A DNA stretch of 64,000 nucleotides from Setoptus koraiensis (lineage: Eukaryota; Animalia; Arthropoda), in contig CM106586.1 of the NCBI GenBank assembly GCA_048013815.1, forward strand, positions 10,292,001 through 10,356,000. The letters run 5' to 3'. The notes under the pieces are model-generated. The model was not told where the DNA came from. It saw only the letters and a list, made by a program, of their open reading frames with translations, and ran no database searches. Shown one piece after another: positions 50,551-62,277 of this stretch. The translations under genes and the position numbers were made by a program. Each line of letters opens with the position of its first letter. Position 1 is the stretch's first letter.

Positions 50551-51828
50551 TGTGCCGCTCGTGTTACCGGCGGGCCCAGTCGTGCCGATGGTGTCGCGGT
50601 GCCGATGGAGCCGACGGAGCCGGTGAAGTCGACGGTGCCAATGGAGTCGGTGGTGAGCAAATGGGCAAAGGACGAGAGAGCGATTGGGGCACCGGTCGCC
50701 GATTTGCATCGCTGGCCACTGTTGGTTTTGCGAACGCGAGAGATGGCGCCACCGGCCAGCGGCCAGTGGGCACAAATCACGTGCTCGCGCTACGGCCGCT
50801 ACGCGACGCTACAGCCGACGACGCGACCCACTGCTGCAGCCATTGTTATCGATACTTGACGACGGTCATTCATTAGTGGCCGCTGGCAACCAGCGGACAG
50901 CTACTTGACTACTTGCAGGCTGCAGACTGCAAGTTGCGGGCCGGACAGGGACTTTTGAGTGGTGCACGTAGTGCGTGCACGACCTGTGCAAGCGAGCCGC
51001 TGCGGCAAATGCGGCCTCCGACAACTTGTGAGTAGCTGGCCGCTGGGTCTGTCTATGGACCGTCCATAATGGACGGACTGTCTATGATCACAATGACGGA
51101 CACGCCAATCGGTGCGGCTGTGGCTGCACCAAATCGCTAATCTAGAGACCGCTCTCTAGCAGAGAGCGCTGGTTGCTGGTGAGAGAGAGAGGGAGTATCA
51201 TTGGCACACGACAATCACTGCCGGACAATGGTCACCGATGGCCGGGTTACATGTGCCGACGCTTTACTCGGCGGCTTATGCAGCATTAGGCCCGGTGAGC
51301 AGTGTCCAGTTTGGACGGTCCACATGAGGCTTAGCGTCATATGTGATTGTGTGGGTCACGTTGCTGCTTACAACTTGCAGGTTACAGGTTTGTTAGAGGC
51401 TCTAACTTAGAGCCAGTTCGGCGGACGGCGAGCGAGTGCTTACGGGTGTCAGTTGGTGTTTGTGATTAAAGAGTGAAGGGCACACGATTGACGCCGTCCG
51501 GCGCTGTCTTTGGCCGCTCTCTTGTCAGCGACGGACGGCCGACGGACGGGCCAGGCACCGGCAACCGACACAGTGACGGGCAGTGACGAAACAAAAGTTA
51601 CTCTGGGGTTACCCGGCTCGCATGTGGCTCGCGTGAAAAGAGCAACGCTGCGATGCGGCTCGCCGATGCGACACACCGCCGCGCGCGTATGCAACCGGCG
51701 CTGCACGGTCGCCGACGATGACCACTGGTCATCGATATCGCATGCACGCCGATAAAATCTCCTTTGGCGCCTCGGCAGCGCACTGCAACTATGACTGCCA
51801 GTTTCCATGAGCGCTTAGCGGCTGGCCA

Positions 51829-51876
51829 GTTCGCAGGGCCGTTCGCAGGGCCGTTCGCAGGGCCGTTCGCTGGGCC
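51829..51876. repeat. 12-bp tandem repeat x4 (GTTCGCAGGGCC)
   Basis: Read directly. Confidence 0.9.
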
Positions 51877-53287
51877 GGTGCGAGCCGAACGGCGAGAGAA
51901 CGCGACGCGCGAACCCAATGAACTGGCAAACATCGCCTGGCGGAGAGTTCGACGTTCTCGCTGGTCGCTGTTGTACACACAAGCATGCACGCTCGCCTAT
52001 GCGCGTACAACTTATAACGACCGCTCTGAGCACGGCCGCCGATAGGCGCTGCTATAATCGCGGCAATCCCGGCCAGCGATGGGACAATCAAGGTGAGTTC
52101 GCCTTACCTGCTGCTGGCGCTGTCGCTGTTGCCGTCGTTGTTGCCGTCGTTGTTGCCGTCGCCGTCGTTGTTGCTGTTGCTGTCGTTGTTGCTGGCGCTG
52201 TTGTGGCCGCCGCCGCTGCTGCGGCCGCGGTTGTGTCCGTTGCAGCGCGTCTCGTGCTGCATCATGGCTGCGCTCGCCCATGGCCGCGGCCGGGCCGGCC
52301 AGCGCCGTGGAGGACAAAGAGCGAAGCACAATGACGAAGATTATTGCTTCTTCTGCTTCTTATCTTCGTTCTTTATTTCGCTGCCACGCCAGCTCCACAC
52401 TGCAGCAGTATAGAGGCCAGGTAAGCCAGTTTGGCCGTTTAGTGCCGCGCTTGTACAACGACCGCGACTCTCGGCGTGCGCGCACCGACCAACAAAGAGC
52501 CCTCCATTGCTATGCGCTCCGTGCTACTCACTGTGCGCCACTTGCGGGCCAGGGGAGCTCCCTTTGCCCCGGTGCCCGTCGCCCGTTGCCCCGTTCCCGT
52601 GCGCCCGTTCGCCCGTTCGCGCTGCCTCCCCTCGCAACCTGGGCAGTTATTGCCGCAAACTGCGGCCCGCCGGCAGCCAGCGCCGATTGATTCCGACGCG
52701 ATCTGATTCGGATCGCTCGGACCGCTCGGACGCCGCGCGCGAGCGCGCCCCCCGGCCGGCCGTTGCCAGTGGCTGGCAGCGACTCGCTAGCAGCCAGTGT
52801 CAGTGGTGGCGTCCATAGACGACGATATTGGCATCGACAGTAATAATGGCACACTCACACTACAAACAACAACAACAGCAGCAGTGCGCCGCTGCCACTA
52901 TGCATCAACTGGCAATCATAGTGGCGCTGTTAGTGGTGCTGCTGCTGCTGTTGTTGTTGTTGTTGTTGTTGACGATGATGATGACGTTGATGACGATTAT
53001 TATGACGATGATGATGACGAGCGAGTGACAGCCATGAGTCGCGCTGCCTGCGAGACGTTTGGGCAAACTAGATTAAGCTAGCAAAATGAAGCTAGACGCG
53101 GCGCGCCAGCAAGCCAACGAGCGAGCGGATCAACAGTGCCCGTAGACTCTACTGACACTGTTGTGAGTAGAGGTTACGCGCTGTTGTCGTGGATATGGCA
53201 CATATATACACACCGCTGTATTGCGCTATACCGCGCCGTACCGTACGGCGGGGGCGCACGCATCATGCAAAGCGCACCGTGTGCACG

Positions 53288-53401
53288 GTGCGGTGCTCGG
53301 TGCGGTGCTCGGTGCAGTGCTCGGTGCAGTGTTTTGTACGGTGTTTTGTGCAGCGTTTTGTGCGGTGTTTTGTGCAGCGTTTTGAACGGTGCACCGAGCA
53401 C
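53288..53401. repeat. 12-bp tandem repeat drifting from CGGTGCTCGGTG to CAGCGTTTTGTG, ending in an inverted copy
   Basis: Read directly. GTGCTCGGTGCA (~53316) is the reverse complement of TGCACCGAGCAC (~53390). Confidence 0.75.
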
Positions 53402-54597
53402 AGTGTAAACAGGGGGAGATATAGCGAAAATTCAGATCTGACTGTTGCGAGTCGGCCAGCGAGACAGCCAGAGCCTGGCAGAGACTCCGGCGGAGAGACG
53501 TTCGCATGAAACGTGTGTGTGTGTGTGTGTGTGTGTGCCGAGTGCAAAATAACTGAAATAAACACTCTCCCCAATATAACACTGTGTCTCCGCGCGTCCA
53601 TGTTATGTTATTGTCGTCGTCGTCGCCGTTGTTGCTGGCGCTGTTGTTGTTGTCGCTGTTGTTGCTGTCGCTGTTGCTGGTGTCGCTGTTGTCGTTGTTG
53701 ATCCCAATAATGATGATAGTGCGTTCAGCAACACTGTTGTCTACGGCAGCGGCACACAAACAGTGCGTTTAGAAACAGTGTGTGTATGAACAGTGTGTGT
53801 ATATTAACACTATCACTTAGACGCTCCTAGGCAGCTCTCAACTCTACTTTACAGCTCTATCGCCATTTAGCACACACTGTTGTTAGCTCACTGTTGTTAG
53901 CTCACTGTTGTCGGCTCGCACTCTGTTGGCACACCGCTGGCGCACTGCGTAACACTCCGCACTACGCCGTAGTGACTACGGAGTTTGCACGGTTGCTTGT
54001 GGGTAAGCTTGTACAATTGTATAATAATTGTTGTACAAGCGGCTCCACACTATATGCAGTCCGCAGCGAGTTACGGCAAGTGTGAGTAGTGATATTTCTG
54101 GATAATTGTACGCGTATAGCCAGTGTCTATACTACACACTGACAGTACTCATACATGGCACTGTCGGCCGTGTACTGGAGCACTGTCAGCAGCGCCGTCA
54201 GCATGAAGCCGCGATCCCGAGTGCGAGCAACAGCGACTTTTCCATTATTACCGGTAATAGGCGACTGATTCAGTCGGACTGATGCCGAATCCTATACTGC
54301 TGCAACACTGCCGCATTATGCTGCACCGTACTGTACTTTCGCGTGTACAGTACGTTGCCCGTACTCAGTACGGCGTACTGTACACTGTACGTAGTGTACA
54401 GTCAGTGCTCACAACAGTCAGCAGATTGCTGGTACCCAGGCTGGCGCTGCGGCGTTAGCGCCAGTTAGCGTGTAGTGCGCGTTTGTTCGCTCGCTCTCTC
54501 TCTCTGTTCGACAAACACACACGCACGCACACACACACACACACGCGCAAACACACACGCACACACGCACAGGCCAGCACTGTACTAGTACAGTAAT

Positions 54598-54640
54598 AGC
54601 AGTATATGCAGTATATGCAGTATATGCAGTATATGCAGTA
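54598..54640. repeat. 9-bp tandem repeat (AGTATATGC) x4-5
   Basis: Read directly. Confidence 0.85.
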
Positions 54641-55435
54641 TGCAGCAGCACAGCGCACAACGCTCATGTGCTGGCGTGCCCGTAGCGCCGCTAGAGCTGC
54701 TAGCGCTGCTGCGAGCAGACGAACGGACGGACGGACAGCGAACTATTATCAGAGTAAACTGTTGTAAGAGAGAGCGAACTATCGCAAGAACTGCCGCTGC
54801 CGTTGCTGCCTATCGCTGGTACGCTGGCGTACAAAGAGCACAGCCAAAGAGAGCACAACAACAACCAAAAATATCGTGTATCGGTGTATAAAATCATCAC
54901 ACACACGCACACGCATGCACAAGCGCGCACACACACACTCACACAGTGAGAGAGCACAAGCACGGACTCGCAGTATATCAATTCGCTGGCGCTGCAGCTC
55001 AATGGTTCAGCAGTTCGGTTAGATTCGGTTTAGTTCGGCTCGGCTCCCGTCGGCTCGACTCGTCGTCTCTGTTCCATCTGACTGGCTCATCTATCGACCT
55101 ATCGATCTCATCACACAAACACACACACACACACACGCATCGCACTATCCGATCCCGACGTGTCCATTGTTGTTCAACCCCACCACCAATCGCCCCACCA
55201 CAACACGCATACTACCGCATACTACCGCATACTACCGTATCGTCCGACCACCACAACGGTAGCGGCAGCGCCGAGCAACAACAACAGCCAACATTTACAC
55301 CAGAAACCAACAGCGAACGTTTACGCCACAAAACGACAGCGAATATTTGCACCCGAAAACAACAGTTCGCTGCCGCCGCAGCAACGGTCGCAGCAAGCGC
55401 GCAAAACGAATTCGTCCTCGCCACTGGCGGGTCGC

Positions 55436-55510
55436 TATTATATCGCCATTATATCGCCATTGTATCGCCACTGTATCGCCATTGTATCGCTATTGTGTCG
55501 CTATTGTGTC
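55436..55510. repeat. 11-bp tandem repeat x~7 (TATCGCCATTG)
   Basis: Read directly; ~230 bp upstream of the sd ATG. Confidence 0.85.
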
Positions 55511-55736
55511 AGCGTCATCACCGTTGAGCACACGAATTATTATTATATTAAATTATATTCAATAATTACAATTATCGCCCCCAATTATAATTATCGTCGA
55601 TTGGGGCGCAAACAGCAGCAAATTAGCAACAAACATTAGCGAATTAGCAACATCGGGGCGCACAAACCACTAACCAGAAGCAAGCGAACGAGTATTAGCC
55701 AGAGCCAGCAACAATTTTGGCACCACCACCAGCAGC

Positions 55737-57324
55737 ATGTCGTCGGACGATCTGTCTGAGGACACAAACGGAGGACCCGACGGCGAGGGCGTCTGGTCGC
55801 CAGATATCGAACAAAGTTTTCAGGAGGCACTTCACATGTATCCGCCGTGCGGCAGAAGAAAGATTATTATTAACGATGATGCCGGCGGTAAAATGTATGG
55901 CAGAAATGAATTGATTGCTCGCTATATCAAAGTTAGAACAGGCAAAACACGATCTAGGAAACAAGTATCTAGCCACATACAAGTTTTGGCCAGGCGGAAG
56001 ATCAAAGAGAACAGCACCAGGGTATCGTCGTCGACAACAACTCACCTACCCACACTCACAAACAACAACAACAACAACACAAACAACAACATTATCACAA
56101 ACAGCAACAACAACAGCAGCATCGTCAGTGTTTGCAACGACAGTAAAAGTAATTTAAATTTAATTGACACCGTCTCATCAGCCACCTCCACCACCACTTT
56201 AGTGAACAACAACATTAACAGTAGTAGTACGCCAATATTAATTAATAGCACCTATGATAGTAGTGGCATAGCGTCACAAAAATTGCGACTGGTTGAATTT
56301 TTCGCATTCGTTAAACAATGTAAAATAAGTCAAAATGACAGTGGTAACTCCACCTATCCTCACCATCCTCCTCATCATCTTCACCAAAATGGCCACCATC
56401 ACCTCTATTACCATCATCAGCCTGTTTCTCCACTGCCTACCAATCATCTCATGATGATGCACCATCATCATCATCAATTCATAGATAATAATGATAATAC
56501 ACATTTTTTGATACATATAAATCAAAGAAGGCAAGCTATTCAATATGAGAAGGTTGATATTGCACAAATACAGGACAAATTCCCAGAAAAAGGAGGCCTC
56601 AGAGATCTTTATAATCAGGGCCCCAAAGATGCCTTCTTTCTAGTGAAATGCTGGGCAAATTTAAACGAGAATGAACTAGATGATCAGAGTAAGTTATTGT
56701 GATACATACAGCAGCAACATTTTTTTAAGCAATAGTAACTTCCTACATGATGATCCGCATGTCGCCCAATATCCGCCAAACCTCACTTTTTTTACTAGAT
56801 ATTACCGTTCGAAATACCCGCCGCGTACTCCATTACATGATCTATGAAACTATTCAATGACAAATAGCTAACTGACTCTATCTCTTTCTCTCTCTCCCTC
56901 TTACTCTCCCTCACATCGTTATCATCTCAACCATCATCACTATTGTCTACATACAGATTCCTTCTATGGTTTTTCAAGTCACTTTGAGAGCAATGAAGAA
57001 ATGACCGTATTTTGTGAAACAAAAGTATGCTCTTTCGGTAATGTAACTGCCGAGCTTGCCCATAGGCAAAAAGCTGTTTTTGCGCACGGTCGGTATCATT
57101 ATCATAGCCAACAACCCCTGTGTGAATACATGGCCGAATTCCTGGATAAACTAAGACATTTGCCGGAAATTGCGCTGATGAATCACGTTTTAGAGAATTT
57201 TACCATTCTAAAAGTTATTACAGATGAAAATACGAAAGAGACACTATTGTGCATTGCGTTCATTTTCGAAGTCTCAGAAAAGCATGGAGCAACCCACAAC
57301 ATTTATAAATTGAAGGGAATGTAA
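55737..57324 (+). CDS. sd: Scalloped/TEAD transcription factor, ~439 aa, divergent
   Basis: Exons 55737..56688 and 56957..57324, intron GTAAGT...ATACAG, in frame. TEA domain ([25 protein letters not shown]...[33 protein letters not shown]) and YAP-binding domain ([51 protein letters not shown]). The frame is open a little upstream, so a 5' exon is possible. Confidence 0.95.
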
Positions 57325-57397
57325 TAAAAACACAATTTTGTATAAAACGTTTACTTCATAGAAAGTTGCTGAGATCTTATTGACTTTCATACCAACT

Positions 57398-58453
57398 TTA
57401 AACAAATCTCTCCGCCATAGCAGAAACAATACTACCGGGAAGTTTTTGATTGTTGCGAATCAATTCATTTAGGGCATTGGCGGTCTTCTCTGCTACTTCT
57501 TCTGGGGTCGCGTTGGGATCATATTCAATTGGGTCTCCGATGAATGTCCTCAATTTAACAGGAAACCATCCAAATATAGGCAATATTGGTAATTTTGTTT
57601 TTTCATATATTGCACGAAAATTTCCACGAAAAAAAGGAAATGTCCGAAATGCCTCGCGTATATTCTGAGTGAAAACAGGTATTATCGGGGCTTTTCCTAA
57701 GCAAGCCACTTTGGCAAAACCTATTCGACCATTCCATACGAGCTGATAGTATTCGCTACTGAATTGTGCCTCTCTCACACCTCCTGGTGAGACAGCTATT
57801 ATTTGTCCATCCTCTAAAAGTTTGGCACATTGCTGTACATCTCCAGGAATGGCCTTAATAACTTCAAGCATCAAATTCCAACCAGGAATCTTGAAAAGAA
57901 AATTCGCGGCAATGGTCCACATAAGTTTTTTCCTATATAACAGAAATCTCGAGTTCAAATAGTAATAATCAACAGGGACTGCTCCATGATAGTAAACAAT
58001 AACGGCTGGTCCTTTCATTGGGATCTTATCCAAACCACAAACTTCGTAACTATGCCAAATCCAGCCATGGCAATCCCAAAGAAGAGCAACGGCTGCACGA
58101 CATTTGTCCCAGCCATCGGTGCCAGGTGCCAATAGATTGTTTAGTCCCAAGTATTGCCTAAGTTGATATATTCGAACAATTACTGCGCATATATACAATA
58201 GTACCACTATGAGTATGGGTAAAATCACAGTTACCTGTAGGGGTGAGAAAAGTTGTCAGAAATTAATAGTGTGACTAAGACTAAGAAGTTCTTCAATAGA
58301 TTCATCAGATAGATTACTTACGGCGAGCGGCCAAAATATCCATAACAAATAAGTCCTAAAATCTATCTCTTCGCTGTTTGATGCAGTTTGGGCCCAATCT
58401 TCATTTGAGGCGTAGAATAAATAGTTTACAAGTGAGGCCAAGTAGGAATGCAT
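57398..58453 (-). CDS. TMEM68: TMEM68 (DIESL) acyltransferase, ~322 aa
   Basis: Exons 58453..58322 and 58234..57398, 87-nt intron. WD.HGWIWHSYEV.GLDKIP..GPAVIVYYHGAVPVDYYY, SPGGVREAQF, W.GRIGFAKVA, PVKLRTFIG.PI.YDP. Confidence 0.92.
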
Positions 58454-60105
58454 TTTAGAAGTCTTTATCTTTCCTGAGGCCCTGAGGTGACTTGGTAAAT
58501 TTTTGACTATTGATGCAAAAGTAAAATGGTCGAAGTAGAGGTTACGATTCTTCGATATCTTTGCTTCAAGAATGTATCAAATTCCATCTATCTCCACGCT
58601 GGTTTACATCTTTTCTTTTTTGAGCTTAATGAGTCTTAGAAGGTAATCCACACATCTATCGAAAAAATTACAAGTTAATTTAGAAATATAAACTGCAATC
58701 AATAAAAGCTGCGCGACTACGTATCGAAAGTTAGGCTGATGTTGTTCCTCTTTCACTACTATTTGCTCAGGTTAGTGTTGATGATCACCTTAATGGGAGT
58801 GCTATAGGGAAATAAACGTGTTTTAGTGCTGGTAACCAGTTTAGCCATATAATAGATTGAAAGGATATGCTCAAGCAAGTTTTTTCGTTGTATCTTCAAG
58901 AAGATTTTCTAGCATTCCGTCATGTGCATGTGCTGTTAATGCTGATTGTAGTGATTGTTGTTGTTGTTTTTGTACGATAGTTGCTGGCAGCGACTTGCTG
59001 TAATGACGACAGCAACAAAATGTCAACGTGCGTCAGATGACTTTGTGGATACGTTCAAGAGGTAATATGAATGAAAGCTGGAGATAATTCAAACCGGTCG
59101 AATCTTACAAAACGAACGGTTGTATTGTGTTAGCTCGTGTTTTTTAGCAGCAGAAGTAGCCTCGTTCTGCACGTATAGTTGATCAAAAACGCTCAGCAAT
59201 CTTAACTAAAAGATGAGGTTTGCAGTTAGATTTTTCATAAAGAATGGTTCTAGGTAGGTTCAGCTGAAACAAATCATTATGATGATATCTTGAACTTGAT
59301 CAATGCTCTATGTTTGTGAGATTCAAGTTACTTGAGTATACGCAATGTTTGAAGCCACCAGGTTCTGTGGCATCTACTGCTTTCTCCACTCCAATACTGT
59401 AGTCTGACACTCATCTTCTGTTTAGCATCCTGTTATATGCATGTTGTCATATGCAACAATAATTGACTTGTAATATATAAATAAAATAATATAATCCATT
59501 TAGGGGAGGCAACGAGTCGGAGTCTAATCTGTTTAGTCGATCATAGACACATATGACTAGCGTGTGCCCTTTTTCCAACATAATTACGCTTAATGCGAAT
59601 AAAGTCTTGCAGGGGCGCTGGTGGCGTATATCCAATGTTCAGTCAACCCCAGAGTGTTTCATCAAGTGTTTTTTTAATTTTCGATTGCGTGATTGTGCAT
59701 GTATTCACGCAGGATGTGTTCTCTCTGACGCAGCGGGCTTGACTCACTCGAGAACCTGTAGACGCAACCACTTGCATAAATAAATTGTGAGAGCAGAGAT
59801 CATGCGTTGTCCCATGTGTGGCAAAGCATCACTAGAGAAAGCATTCAGCGCCCTCCTACAAGACTTCAGTGAACTACGAGACTGATGTCTGCTATAAAGA
59901 CACGCAGCACAACGCAGCAGCTGTAGAATATTTTAATGTAAATATTGATTCGCTTACGAGCTTGTTGAGCGATTTGCAATTTGTATAACAACTTACTGAA
60001 TTTGTGAATGTGAGCCCATCAGACAACACATCGATAGATTCTGCAGATCATAATTAAAAACATGCTTGAGTTATCTTGGGCTGATTTAAGGACGCGAGTT
60101 AGATA

Positions 60106-61217
60106 ATGTTTAAGGAGGAACCTGATGCGACTATTAATTGTGGGCAAGACTCCATAAGGGCTGTGAGATTAAACGGTAAGTTCTTATTCTCAGTTCCATT
60201 TGATTGCATAAAAAACTTGAACAAAGTAACTAATAACTTTTCAATCCCACACTGCCTCTATTAGCTGATTGTCAGTATGCTCTCACTTGCGGTAGTGATC
60301 GTACGATCAAACTTTGGAATCCTATCAAACAACTTCTTCTCAAAACATATCCTGGACACTCGAGCGATGTCGTAGATTGTCAAGCTGGTCCAGACAGTTC
60401 GAAGTTAGCCTCTTGTAGCAGAGATAAGAGTATTATCATTTGGGATGTTGCAACAGGAAAAATCTTGAGAAGATTTCGAAATTTGGCTCCATTCACATGT
60501 ATTTGTTACAATGAAGATGCAACTCTAGTGCTTGCCGGATCCGTTGATGGAACTGTTCGCATTTATGATCTAAAAGCACAAAACTCTTGGGAGCCAGTGC
60601 AAATCCTATGTGAAGCGAAGGATGTCGTCACTTGCTGCAGAGTTTATAAGCATAACATAATGACAACCTCTATCGATGGTTATCTAAGAAGTTATGATGT
60701 CAGAAATGGATGTTACGTGGCAGACAATTTCTGCGAACCATTGAATCATTTGTCGTCGAGTATGGACAATCGTTGTCAATTGGTCAGTAGTCTCAAGAAA
60801 CCAATCAAACTCGTCGACAAATCATCCGGCCAGATATTATCACTATTTTCTGGACACTGTAACAAAAGTTTCCAACTGGAGTGTCAGATGATTATGAATG
60901 ACTCACACATTATCAGTGGATCTGAAGATGGAAAAGTGAGTTCGATTCTAATGTACTCTTGCTCTTGATTTTTATAGTCAATACCCTAAATCACAAATTA
61001 AATAATCTCATTATTTGATATACTCCTACACTAGGTATACTGTTGGGATATTGTTACATCAGAGATCAAAGGAACTATCAATCATGGTAAAGCATTGGGC
61101 AGCGTCGTTCAATCCCTTTGTTATTGCCCTAAAACCAATAGATTACTGACTGCCTGCGGACCAACGATGTACATCTGGTCCCCAAAAGAAGCTCCAGTTT
61201 TAACAGATGACCACTGA
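60106..61217 (+). CDS. WDR83: WD repeat protein 83 (MORG1), ~307 aa
   Basis: Exons 60106..60175, 60265..60935, 61035..61217, GT-AG, in frame. CGQDSIRAVRLN-ADCQYALTCGSDRTIKLWNP, WDVATG, NEDATLVLAGSVDG, EPVQILCEAKD, SGSEDGK-VYCWD. Confidence 0.92.
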
Positions 61218-61860
61218 TTTTCACTCTTTGAGCTGCGTTAAGGATCAATTCTAATATATTTCCCTATTATAGCAGCGACATTTTGAGTTTTTATCGAGGT
61301 CTAGCCAATGTTTGTTGCCAGTTTTATGAATACTGTTGATCTCTTACATTGTAACTGTGTTATGTAGTTCTCAATTGAATGAACAGAATACTCATTAAAT
61401 TTTCTAGCTTACGCAATGCATACTCAATGTAAAGAGCCTATAATGTGCCTGTGCGAACAAAGGTGATTCAAAGAACCTGACAGTAGATGAAGTTTATAAA
61501 AAAGGAGGGCCTACAGTTTTACTTTGTTAAACAAAGAATTCTTTTTACACGTTACATATTGATGGTTGTTGTCGGCTGAAATGCCTCATTTGTTATGTAA
61601 GTGAAGTCTGGTTGTGCTGTGCGTTTTATACCTGGCACAGAGAACGAAAAATTTAGTGCACAGTTTTGATCGACCAGGGTTCTTCCCTACAAATCCCCCA
61701 CCTTCTCTGGTCTCCAGCAGCTGATCACGAGGTGTCATTTCTTGAAAACATTTCATTGGCTACGAATCGTATGAGATCATTTATTGAAAACACCCTTTGT
61801 GGCCACATTACAAATGTCAATCAACAACAACCAAGCAACCAACAAGTAACAACCTACAAC

Positions 61861-62277
61861 ATGGACTTGAGCAGAGTCGACGATGTTGAGAAACTATCTC
61901 TTTGCAAAAAATACTTTGTTGGTATGTCAGACGTTTTAGGTGGCAAACACTAACTCAACCAAGATAATCTAACTTAATTGACATCTCTTATAATTCTAAT
62001 ACTTATTAATTGTAATATTATTATATTTACAGGTGGATTTTTCGCCCTGCCGTTGCTGTGGCTTGTTAATTTTGTCTGGTTCTTCAAGCAAGCATTCTTG
62101 CGACCTCAATTCAAGCAACAAAACGCTTTGAGATTTTTCGTCATCGGCTCACTCGTTGGTTTCTTTATTTACATGGTACCAATTATTTCGTGGATAGTCT
62201 ACTATCAACTTTACCGAGTTGATCTAGGAAAATGGGGCCAATCAATAGCTTTCATGACTCCGGCCGGTCGACCTTAA
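61861..62277 (+). CDS. PSENEN: Gamma-secretase subunit PEN-2, 101 aa
   Basis: Exons 61861..61921 and 62033..62277, 111-nt intron. [42 protein letters not shown]...WG..IAF.TPAGRP; length matches PEN-2. Confidence 0.95.

Larger units (their letters stand above)
45900..55700. other. ~10-kb low-complexity, GC/CpG-richer non-coding block upstream of scalloped (probable regulatory or intronic region)
   Basis: Dense micro- and minisatellites. Dozens of overlapping short ORFs on both strands with no recognisable domain. May hide untranslated or short 5' exons of sd or TEAD. Confidence 0.55.

Noticed and set aside
50363-51876. Regular short repeats as a CRISPR-like array
   Set aside because: Units are directly adjacent with no unique spacers, there are no cas genes, and the context is eukaryotic.
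45900-55700. Dozens of overlapping 60-230 aa ORFs in the track
   Set aside because: They arise from GC-rich triplet and tandem repeats that lack stops in several frames on both strands. No domain, splice logic or codon pattern supports them.
58500-60050. Possible gene between TMEM68 and WDR83
   Set aside because: Only short, stop-interrupted frames with no recognisable family in any frame I translated.
61666-61860. N-terminally extended PEN-2 (in-frame ATG at 61771)
   Set aside because: The canonical 101-aa product from 61861 fits the family exactly, and the extension has no recognisable features. It could be revisited with TSS or Ribo-seq data.
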